64,000 nt of DNA. Origin: an uncultured Bacilli bacterium (lineage in GTDB: Bacteria; Bacillota_I; Bacilli_A; RF39; UBA660). This document shows, piece by piece, positions 18,538-27,186 of this stretch. Numbering within the stretch: position 1 is the stretch's first letter; every line of letters begins with the position of its first letter. The notes under the pieces were generated by a model. The model was given only the letters and a program-made list of their open reading frames with translations. It searched no databases and was not told where the DNA came from. The translations under genes and the position numbers were made by a program. The DNA is taken from assembly GCA_947632545.1 (NCBI GenBank), contig CANRPP010000002.1, forward strand, positions 2,057 to 66,056, written 5' to 3'.

Positions 18538-19320
18538 TTAGTAATTAAACATTTGTAACATTGCAAATAATATAACAATCATAACACCAACACCTGTACA
18601 GACAAGCATTATCATTGTTAAACTTTCCATTTTATCAAGTCTTTCTTTATATTTAACTTCTCTTGCTTTATTTTGTAAACTTGACACTGATCTTGAAAAC
18701 ATCATAAGTCTTTCTTGTTTTCGCTCTTGTGAACCTATACCTAAACGATATAAAAGTCTCATCATTCTCATTGAATCTCTTACTGGATAAGTATTAGCAA
18801 ATTCCATATAAGGTTCAACTGATGCATCTCCTGCATTTACTCTTTCAACTATTTTTCTTAATCCAGGTTTAAATACATCAGGTGCATCATCAATTGATTT
18901 ACCAATTGCTACTGGAACAGTATAATGTTGGATTAATATTTCCAAACTCTTTAAATAATATGGTAGTAATATATCTATTTCATGTAAATGTTTTTTATAA
19001 TATGATTTTAGTGAACTATAAGTTGATTTAAATACTAAAAATGCTATTACAATTGCTATAATTACATTTACAAATTTAATTTCTTTCATAAAGAATATTA
19101 ATACTACAACTAATGAAATTAAACAATTTCTAATTCTATTTCTAAATATTATATCTGGGTCAGCTTCATCTCCATACTTGGCATAAACATAAAAATCAAA
19201 ATCTTCTTCACGTAATAATTCAAAATATTTTTCATTATCTTTTAGAAATTTTTTGCCATCTATTGTTTTATTATAAAACAATATAAATATAATTATTCCA
19301 CATACTATAATTATCGCCAT
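18538..19320 (-). CDS. tadC: TadC-like (T2SS-F domain) membrane protein
   Basis: 260 aa with an N-terminal transmembrane segment, a cytoplasmic domain and C-terminal transmembrane segments. Downstream of the TadB-like gene. Confidence 0.55.
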   Translation of the reverse strand: MAIIIVCGIIIFILFYNKTIDGKKFLKDNEKYFELLREEDFDFYVYAKYGDEADPDIIFRNRIRNCLISLVVVLIFFMKEIKFVNVIIAIVIAFLVFKSTYSSLKSYYKKHLHEIDILLPYYLKSLEILIQHYTVPVAIGKSIDDAPDVFKPGLRKIVERVNAGDASVEPYMEFANTYPVRDSMRMMRLLYRLGIGSQERKQERLMMFSRSVSSLQNKAREVKYKERLDKMESLTMIMLVCTGVGVMIVILFAMLQMFNY

Positions 19321-20213
19321 TATTCAGCACCTACATTCTCATTATAATATATTTCACCTTTTAATAAAAAAGCTGTGTTTATAATTAATACTGCATGTAG
19401 TACTAATTTACATAATAAATTATCAAGTAATAATAAGTATTCCTCATCTCCAAGTAAAAATTGTACTGTTATAACCATTAAATATAACATTACACCAAAA
19501 CCCAAAAATTGCTTATGAAAGGTCTTTCTATCTATTCTATCTCTATATACACTTTCTACTAACATATCAATATCAAGCTGCATATTTTCCAAACTATCCA
19601 TAGAATTTTGTGCACCTTCTTTTGTTATTTGTAAAAAAAGTTGATGCATATTTTTAACTATATAATATGGATATAAATTACTAAAATATACTAAAGATTC
19701 ATCTATACTACCATTTTGATAAGCTAAATCAATCATATGATTAACATCAGTTTTAACAGGATCATCTAAAAGTCCTGAATCCCTAACACCTTCTATTGCT
19801 TTTACAAAAGATTGTGTAGTTGCAAATTCCATAATGGTATTTGAAGTATATACTTGTATTTGTTCAAATAAAAATTCACTATATTCTCTTTTACATCTTA
19901 AATATGCTAAATATGGGACAAAACAAATTGATACTATAGTATAAAAAATTGACGTTGGAATGCTATAAAAATATAAATATGAAACGATAGCTGTTCCCCC
20001 TGCAATAGTTACAACTTGAATTGCATATTGCCTAGGAGTATATTCTCTTCCAAGTTGTTTAGTTTTTTCTCTTACAACTTTAAATGAGTATGGTGCTACT
20101 CTATCATATACAGATCCTAATTGACTACTAAAAAACTTTGATAGATCTTGTCCTTGATATTTTCTAACAAATAATATAAGTAGTGCTATTAATAATAGTA
20201 GAAAAAATACCAT
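19320..20213 (-). CDS. tadB: TadB-like (T2SS-F domain) membrane protein
   Basis: 297 aa with the same topology, immediately downstream of the CpaF ATPase gene. Confidence 0.55.
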   Translation of the reverse strand: MVFFLLLLIALLILFVRKYQGQDLSKFFSSQLGSVYDRVAPYSFKVVREKTKQLGREYTPRQYAIQVVTIAGGTAIVSYLYFYSIPTSIFYTIVSICFVPYLAYLRCKREYSEFLFEQIQVYTSNTIMEFATTQSFVKAIEGVRDSGLLDDPVKTDVNHMIDLAYQNGSIDESLVYFSNLYPYYIVKNMHQLFLQITKEGAQNSMDSLENMQLDIDMLVESVYRDRIDRKTFHKQFLGFGVMLYLMVITVQFLLGDEEYLLLLDNLLCKLVLHAVLIINTAFLLKGEIYYNENVGAE

Positions 20214-20239
20214 TTTATTTGCCCCTTTCCATTAATTTA

Positions 20240-21619
20240 TTATACTTGTCCTACATTTACTGGATTAACAACTGGTGGAGTTGGCACTTTAGTTTGTACC
20301 ATTGTTTGAGTAGGTTTAATATTTTGATTTTGTATTCCGGTTTGTACATTTACATTCTGTACTTTTGGTATAGCTGGATTAACAGTTGGTGGTACTACAG
20401 ATTGTACAGGTTTTTGTTGAGGCGTAGGAACTGCTTGAGTAGGTACCCCTGTATTAACTATTTGAGGCTTTGGTTGTTGGATATTTTGATTTACAGGTTG
20501 TTGTTCATTATTAGCAAGAGATTTCTCTACATTTGCAGCTATTACACTTTCAATATCTATATCTTTCATATGACCAGTTACTGAATTAATATCAATATTT
20601 TGATTTTCTAAATATTCTATTAAGTGTTCACTAGGTCTAGATTGAATAGGTTCTTGTCCATATATTTTTTTATATATAGTATGAGTTTGAGGATTATTAT
20701 CATCATCAACATAGAACTCAACTACTTCATCAATTTCACGATGAAATTTTCCATATTCTTTACTATAATATGCTTTTATGTGTATACCAAGTTGAATATA
20801 TCTATATATTGTATTTAAAAATTGATTAACTTCTTGATCTGTTTCCATTAAACTATATAAACGATATGGAATAGCACTTGCTTTATCAGCATGAATTGTT
20901 GATAAAATATTATGTCCTGATGATATAGAGTTACGTACAGCACTAACTGCTTCAGCACTACGTACCTCTGATAATAAAATCCATTTAGGATTTTGTCTCA
21001 TACATGTAACTAATACATCAGAATAACTAGCCACATTATTTGTTTTCATTGCTACAATATCTCTTTCAGGAAATATTTTATCCAAGTGTAATTCCAAAGT
21101 ATCTTCTATTGTTATAATTTTTTCATCTGATTTAGTATGACTTGCTAGATATTTAAGGAATTCAGTTTTACCAGAACCAGTTTCTCCACAGACTAAAATA
21201 TTACAGTGTCCTTCTACACACTTTATTAAAACATCATGTATATCTTGAGTGAAATAATTATCTTTTAATAATCCTTCTTTTTTAAGTCTTATTTTTGCAG
21301 GTGTTTTACGTATAACACAAGCAATTCCATTAGTTGCAATAGATTGATGTACAAAGTTAAAACGTAATTCTGTAGATTCTGCATCTAAAAATGGTTTTGC
21401 ATTATTAAAAGTTGTTCCCATTACATTTGAACATTGAAATGCTAATTTTTCCATAAATTCTGCAGTAACACCTGGTATTTGTTTTCTAATAGAACCTTGA
21501 GTTAGAGAACGAATCCAAATTTGTCCGCGGTTGCAGAATGAAATATCAGTTATATCATCATCATCTAAAAGAGGTTGCAATGGCCCAAAATCTAGCTTAT
21601 CAAAAATGTTTTCATCCAC
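20240..21619 (-). CDS. CpaF/TadA secretion ATPase (T2SS-E/VirB11 superfamily) with Pro/Gln/Val-rich C-terminal extension
   Basis: Walker A VCGETGSGKTEFLKYL, Asp box and His box region (GHNILSTIHADKAS). About 110-aa low-complexity tail (QQPKPQIVNTGVPTQAVPTPQQKPVQ...). Confidence 0.85.
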   Translation of the reverse strand: MDENIFDKLDFGPLQPLLDDDDITDISFCNRGQIWIRSLTQGSIRKQIPGVTAEFMEKLAFQCSNVMGTTFNNAKPFLDAESTELRFNFVHQSIATNGIACVIRKTPAKIRLKKEGLLKDNYFTQDIHDVLIKCVEGHCNILVCGETGSGKTEFLKYLASHTKSDEKIITIEDTLELHLDKIFPERDIVAMKTNNVASYSDVLVTCMRQNPKWILLSEVRSAEAVSAVRNSISSGHNILSTIHADKASAIPYRLYSLMETDQEVNQFLNTIYRYIQLGIHIKAYYSKEYGKFHREIDEVVEFYVDDDNNPQTHTIYKKIYGQEPIQSRPSEHLIEYLENQNIDINSVTGHMKDIDIESVIAANVEKSLANNEQQPVNQNIQQPKPQIVNTGVPTQAVPTPQQKPVQSVVPPTVNPAIPKVQNVNVQTGIQNQNIKPTQTMVQTKVPTPPVVNPVNVGQV

Positions 21620-21652
21620 ACTAACTCACTATCCTTCCCTATTATATTCTTT

Positions 21653-22459
21653 TTATTCTCCTGTCCATACAGTAATATTATTAATGTAGTCTTTTAATTC
21701 TTTACTACTTAATTTTAATTCACCTGGATCATCTTTTAAACTTTCATCAGTTGGTACAGGAATTAATGTTGTATCAACAGATCTTAAATATTTAGATTTC
21801 ATAAGTAAAATATAATATTCATCAGGTACTGCAAAAATAATAGTTGCTGGAGTACCTTTCTGATCCAAATTAGCAAATACATTATCACCATTTGCATCTT
21901 GTACTGCTAAAACTTTAATATTTTGTAATAATTTACCTACCATAATCTTATCTGTTGTTACGATATCAGATCCTTCGGCAGTAGCTTCTTGAGCTTTTAA
22001 ATATAAATCAATATAATTACCTGGTGCTATTGAATTACCATAAGTTGTTTCTGTAGTAACAGAAAGATAAAATAATACATAGCCTTTAGGATAATCATAT
22101 ATTATTGAATCTGGTAATTGATCCTTTGTTACAATTAATCTTTTATAAAATAAACTACCCTCTGGTATAATACTATCAGCGCTAGAATATTTATCTATAA
22201 CATCACTTCTATTTGTAAATGCCATACCATCTGATACTGTTTGGCTAGAAACACTTTTAGTTCCTATCATTTCACTAGTAATTTGAGTTCCTGGTGATAT
22301 TGTTTCTTTTGCATAAGGAACTTCTATAGGAGTTATTGCTTTATTTACTTTAGAGTTATATCCAAAATATAATACACATACTGCTGCAACAACTCCTAAT
22401 ATTGTTACTGTGTTTTTATTTGCTAAAAATTTCTTTATACCTACGCCTAAATTTCCCAT
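21653..22459 (-). CDS. cpaB: Flp pilus assembly protein CpaB/RcpC-like
   Basis: N-terminal transmembrane segment, SAF-like segment (ISPGTQITSEMI) and C-terminal RcpC-like region (NIKVLAVQDANGD). Confidence 0.6.
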   Translation of the reverse strand: MGNLGVGIKKFLANKNTVTILGVVAAVCVLYFGYNSKVNKAITPIEVPYAKETISPGTQITSEMIGTKSVSSQTVSDGMAFTNRSDVIDKYSSADSIIPEGSLFYKRLIVTKDQLPDSIIYDYPKGYVLFYLSVTTETTYGNSIAPGNYIDLYLKAQEATAEGSDIVTTDKIMVGKLLQNIKVLAVQDANGDNVFANLDQKGTPATIIFAVPDEYYILLMKSKYLRSVDTTLIPVPTDESLKDDPGELKLSSKELKDYINNITVWTGE

Positions 22460-22473
22460 TTTATTCTCCTTTA

Positions 22474-22971
22474 TTATTCTTTTCCATATACATTTCCAGT
22501 TTGTTTAAGCTTTGTTGCTACTGGGTTTTCTTTTACTTCTGATACTAATATACCATCAAGTCTATTTTGAATGATTACATTATTATTATCTTCAGCTTTT
22601 TTTTGATCTTCACTTGTAAAATTAGTTCCTGCAGGATTCCAACTTTTATTACCTGCCTTTACTTCTACACTAACTTTAGGTGGAACTTCATTAATATCAA
22701 CCATTCTTATTTCATAATTTCTTGCATTGTTTACAGCGTTAGCAAACCTAAAGATAAAGCTTTCAACAAATTTTTCTTTATCCATTCTTAAAGTACCATT
22801 TTTGTAATAATAATTATAATCAATAGCATCAGTCATAGCAGCTTGAGTTGATTCTTTTAATGTATAATAATCAAGCTCATTACCCATTGAATAATTTCCT
22901 ATTAAATTAATTCCTGCTAAAGCTATAATTCCTAATAAAATAATTCCTACTGTTAAAAATGCTTTATTCAT
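22474..22971 (-). CDS. membrane-anchored protein, possible TadE/TadF-like minor pilin
   Basis: 165 aa with an N-terminal transmembrane helix; first gene of the Tad-like block. Confidence 0.3.
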   Translation of the reverse strand: MNKAFLTVGIILLGIIALAGINLIGNYSMGNELDYYTLKESTQAAMTDAIDYNYYYKNGTLRMDKEKFVESFIFRFANAVNNARNYEIRMVDINEVPPKVSVEVKAGNKSWNPAGTNFTSEDQKKAEDNNNVIIQNRLDGILVSEVKENPVATKLKQTGNVYGKE

Positions 22972-22991
22972 ATCATTTCACCTCGCTATAA

Positions 22992-25900
22992 TTACCTTAA
23001 TTTACTTATATCCTTATAATTATTATTTGTACCTTGTCCATTTGATATTGGTCGTACATTAGAAGCATAATTTATAATTATCTTACTTCCATTTTTAAAG
23101 CTTTTACCATTCAAATCATCTATCACTTTACTAGTATATCTTAAAAGTCCTAATATTTTTGGATCTTCCTTAAAATTACCAGTATAATCTGTATATTTAT
23201 GGTTTTTATATTCATTTTTTATGTAATCTATTCCTTCACTAGGTATATAAATATAGTAATCAGATTCTGTAGTTGAACTATATATAGTTTCATCTTTTTC
23301 TTCACTTCTTAAATATTCAACATATTTTTGTGGATCTATACCATATGTTTGAGAATATTGATTATTATTATCTATACCAGCTACTATTTTTGCAGCACTT
23401 GTCCAGTTATATCCTTGTTTTTGATTGCTATTTTCAGTAAATAATTCACCTTGATCTATAACTTTAAATTTATATGATTGATTCTCATGACAAGGAGGAT
23501 TTTTACAACCTACGTCATCTCCTGGAGGAGGTATAGGTATGTTATCACTATCACTACTATTATCATAAATTCCATAGAAACATGAATAATTTATTGTCCA
23601 ATTATATTTACCAAAATTTAAGGCTTGAGCTTGAATATTATTTTTTATTGTTGGCTCTTGTATAGTTGGATATAAAAGGTTTCCATCTTTATCTTTTGTC
23701 TGCTCGTGCCAATGCCACCATGCAACATTTATATTACTACTATCTCTTGGGAAACAATATGTTTGTCCATGAGGTGCAGAACCAGTTTTACATGTAGAAT
23801 CGTATTCTGGTTCTAATGATTTATCATTTATCCAAGTACCTGGGAATGTTATTGTAGTTTGATATTGTGGACTTTGTGTAGTTCCATCATAACACCAACC
23901 TAAAATACCATATTTAGATTTAGGTTCTTCACTATCAGCTGGAACAAACATTGAAAAGACATGACTTGAAGGAGGATCTTTTTTATTTTCATCACAAATA
24001 TTGTTTTCTGATATAGGATTTGTATTTCCTAATTCAGTTTTTCCATTTTTTTCTACTTCATTATTAGTATTACTATCTCGAGGATTTATTATTTTTATTT
24101 TGAAATCAGCTGTTTTTTCTGTTTCTTTACAGTCAGCTGATACTTGACAACTATCAAGTGCATCAGCAATTATTTTCATATCACTTTTAGTTGTGGTTTT
24201 GTCACTATTTTCTGCTATATTTAAGTTATTTACAAATGCATCAGGTGTTAGAGAATTTTTTGCACTACATCCTGTATATTCACATATTTCACCACAATGC
24301 CAATTAGTACTTGCTTTATATTGTCTTTTTACACCATCTTTATCAATATAATATGTAGCATTATTATGTGGATCTTTATCTAACACAGCTAAAATTAATT
24401 GTTTTGTAGCAGCTTTATCTCTTAAATAGAATGGTGAAGCTTTTCCTAATGCACACCAAATATCTTTTTTATTCTTATAATTACTACAATTTAGGTCACT
24501 CTTCCATTTAGATCCATCTTTATTATAATGTCCTTTTGGATATAATGCTTTAGCTTCAAAGAAATATTCTGAACACCAATCAAGATCATTTAATATTTCA
24601 TTTTGTGTATCACATTTACCTACAGCTGTAGATTTACTACTATAACCTTTAAGATTTTTTTCATCCCAAGTATGTAAATCTTTAACCTCTAATAAATTAT
24701 TACTATTGTTTTTTTCTTCAAATACTAGATTACTTAATTCTGATTCTTCTATAGCTTTATCATTATTACTAGTTTTTTCTATATTATTTTTCTCAACATC
24801 TTTTTTATTATTTTCATATACTTGTTTATAACATTTATTTATACAACTTTGACTATATTTTCCATTATCACACTCTTTTATACATTTATCAAAATCTTCA
24901 GATGGCCCAGCTTGTGTATGATTTTTTTCTCCAGAACATATAGGTATAGGAGAACACATTTCTTTTTGAAGTTTTCCAACCAATCCTCCATTAGTATTAG
25001 TATTAGAACCTTCAATTATCTCTTTATTATATTTAACACCACATTTAGTTTCACTTTTTACTGTAACTTTATACGAAATACATATTCCTGCTATAGCTGC
25101 TACAGGAGGATCGTACTCAACAGTTAAATGTTCATAACATATTGTATTACATATAGTTGGAGATGATCCATCAGATAATGGCTCACTAGTTGCAATAGGT
25201 TTATCTTCAACATATAAATATTGTTTACTACCAATGCCCTGTTTCAAATCACTTTCACATTGCAAACTAACATTTGTATTAGAAACTGTTTTTACATTTT
25301 TATCTGCTTGTAAGTCAGTAACATGTTTTTTTACTTCATCATATGTATTAGCATAGCCTGATGTACTTTCTGATTTTTTTGATAATTTTTTACTTTTATA
25401 ATACATTTCCATAGCACTATTTGCAAGTTGAGCTATCTGCTGTTCAGTTATATTAAATGCAACAGATTTTTTATTGCAATAAAAGGTTCCTAGTAATGGA
25501 TCATAGTAATGTTGTTGATAATATGCTCTTTCTGCTTCTGGAACTGTATATTTTTTATCATCAGCAGCTATTTTTTCACCAAGTTCTGTTTTTGAATCAT
25601 ATTTTCCATCACGAGCATTAATACAAGCTTCATTATATTCTCCATCTATTCCTCTTAAATTTTTAACTTCTATAGTTTCGTCTGGATTTTGAATATATTC
25701 TGATGCAGAAACACCAGATAAAGCCATTACACCATCTGCCATTCTTGTTTGTTCTCTTCCGTTTATACATGATACTTCAAATTTTTTACCTTTATCATTT
25801 TTACATTTTTTATTAGTTTTTGTATCCTTTGATAAATAAACTACAACAAGAGCATCATAGCCAGGATTTAGCTTAACATTTACAACATTATCCCCACTAT

Positions 25901-26390
25901 CTCTGGAAACTTCAATTGCCTTATACTTTTTTTCTAATTTTTTAGAATCACTTGCTATCTTTGTTTTATAAACTTTTAATCCATCGTCTAAATCATCATT
26001 ATCTAAATCATCAATATCTTTATCTAAATTAATAAAACTACTATCATCAAGTGTTCCATATTTTCCATAAAATACTCTAATTCTATAAACTGCATTTTGA
26101 GTAAGTGCTGCTTTTGGAACTGTTATTTTTATATTTCTTGGTTCACTACTATTTACATACTCATGGAAACCATTATACCATGCTTTTTTTGAGTATTTAC
26201 TAACATCAATTGATATTTTAAAATCTGATTTGCATATATTATTTGCACATGTTTTGCATTTTGCAGTAGTACAATTAGATCCTTTACCATTAGCTGATTC
26301 TCTAACTTCAGCAAAAGTATTTTCGGGACTAATTAGAAATAATAACCCTATGCATATAATTAAACTTAATATTATTTTTTTAATTTTCAT
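22992..26390 (-). CDS. 1132-aa secreted cysteine-rich protein (candidate adhesin or pilus-associated protein)
   Basis: Signal peptide MKIKKIILSLIICIGLLFLISPENTFA. Dozens of Cys throughout, no transmembrane segment, no LPXTG-like C-terminus. ATGA overlap with the sortase gene. Confidence 0.55.
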   Translation of the reverse strand: MKIKKIILSLIICIGLLFLISPENTFAEVRESANGKGSNCTTAKCKTCANNICKSDFKISIDVSKYSKKAWYNGFHEYVNSSEPRNIKITVPKAALTQNAVYRIRVFYGKYGTLDDSSFINLDKDIDDLDNDDLDDGLKVYKTKIASDSKKLEKKYKAIEVSRDSGDNVVNVKLNPGYDALVVVYLSKDTKTNKKCKNDKGKKFEVSCINGREQTRMADGVMALSGVSASEYIQNPDETIEVKNLRGIDGEYNEACINARDGKYDSKTELGEKIAADDKKYTVPEAERAYYQQHYYDPLLGTFYCNKKSVAFNITEQQIAQLANSAMEMYYKSKKLSKKSESTSGYANTYDEVKKHVTDLQADKNVKTVSNTNVSLQCESDLKQGIGSKQYLYVEDKPIATSEPLSDGSSPTICNTICYEHLTVEYDPPVAAIAGICISYKVTVKSETKCGVKYNKEIIEGSNTNTNGGLVGKLQKEMCSPIPICSGEKNHTQAGPSEDFDKCIKECDNGKYSQSCINKCYKQVYENNKKDVEKNNIEKTSNNDKAIEESELSNLVFEEKNNSNNLLEVKDLHTWDEKNLKGYSSKSTAVGKCDTQNEILNDLDWCSEYFFEAKALYPKGHYNKDGSKWKSDLNCSNYKNKKDIWCALGKASPFYLRDKAATKQLILAVLDKDPHNNATYYIDKDGVKRQYKASTNWHCGEICEYTGCSAKNSLTPDAFVNNLNIAENSDKTTTKSDMKIIADALDSCQVSADCKETEKTADFKIKIINPRDSNTNNEVEKNGKTELGNTNPISENNICDENKKDPPSSHVFSMFVPADSEEPKSKYGILGWCYDGTTQSPQYQTTITFPGTWINDKSLEPEYDSTCKTGSAPHGQTYCFPRDSSNINVAWWHWHEQTKDKDGNLLYPTIQEPTIKNNIQAQALNFGKYNWTINYSCFYGIYDNSSDSDNIPIPPPGDDVGCKNPPCHENQSYKFKVIDQGELFTENSNQKQGYNWTSAAKIVAGIDNNNQYSQTYGIDPQKYVEYLRSEEKDETIYSSTTESDYYIYIPSEGIDYIKNEYKNHKYTDYTGNFKEDPKILGLLRYTSKVIDDLNGKSFKNGSKIIINYASNVRPISNGQGTNNNYKDISKLR

Positions 26391-27162
26391 TTAAATCGTC
26401 TCCTTTTAATATTTTTTTTATTTTATTATAGTTACTTTTTTCAGTAACTTTATAATTATTTATTATTTCTAATTTTCTCACTTGTCTTGCATCTACAACA
26501 AAGGAATAATCAGAATCACCATAGAATCTTGTGCAAGTGACTAAAGTTAATATTTTGTCGTCTTCAGACACATCCACATTAAATTTAAAATAACTTCTAT
26601 CTATGGAATTTTTTATATAGTCCCTTTTTTCTTTTTTATCTATATTATATAATTCAACATCTTCTTCAGGTTGTAAGTATACTGCATATATTTTAAATAA
26701 ATAATTTTTTCCATTTATTGTATATTGAATATACTTATTATCTTTTACAAAATCATAATAGATATATGACATTAACTGTTCAAATCTAGCTTGATTTTTA
26801 TCTGCAATTAGTGGTTTAGAAGATACGTTTCTCATATTATGTGATAATAGTACAGTTCTATTTACTAATTTTTTATTATCTTCAAAACTCCATCCTAAAT
26901 CATATGACGGATCACTAATATCTTCTATACTATTATAGTAAAATATAGGAAAATCAATATTAGTTCCTTGTACTCTTAACCAACCTAAAGGTTTAGATAC
27001 TACATTACTAAAATTTGATTTTGTAATTTGTTTTGTTCTATCTTTAGTTCTATAGTAAGGTCTTAATATAATTATTGATAATAAACATGCCACTAATACA
27101 ATTATAATAGTTATAGATTTTGGTTGTAATTTGTTTTTTAATTTTTTTTTGTTCTTCTTCAT
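26380..27162 (-). CDS. sortase (class B-like transpeptidase)
   Basis: N-terminal transmembrane anchor and the catalytic TLxTC signature (KILTLVTCTRFYG); 260 aa. Confidence 0.7.
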   Translation of the reverse strand: MKKNKKKLKNKLQPKSITIIIVLVACLLSIIILRPYYRTKDRTKQITKSNFSNVVSKPLGWLRVQGTNIDFPIFYYNSIEDISDPSYDLGWSFEDNKKLVNRTVLLSHNMRNVSSKPLIADKNQARFEQLMSYIYYDFVKDNKYIQYTINGKNYLFKIYAVYLQPEEDVELYNIDKKEKRDYIKNSIDRSYFKFNVDVSEDDKILTLVTCTRFYGDSDYSFVVDARQVRKLEIINNYKVTEKSNYNKIKKILKGDDLNEN

Positions 27163-27186
27163 ATATTTACACCTATCATATATATA

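Noticed and set aside
20183-20584. 133-aa plus-strand ORF rich in Tyr/Leu/Trp overlapping the TadB/CpaF junction
   Set aside because: It is antisense to two supported genes and is typical of spurious ORFs in AT-rich DNA.
20240-21619. Reading the secretion ATPase as a VirB11 of the T4SS rather than CpaF/TadA
   Set aside because: It is immediately followed by two T2SS-F-type platform proteins, an Flp-like pilin and a TadE-like protein, and is preceded by CpaB. That context is diagnostic of Tad. Gram-positive T4SSs normally lack VirB11. A dual role cannot be excluded.
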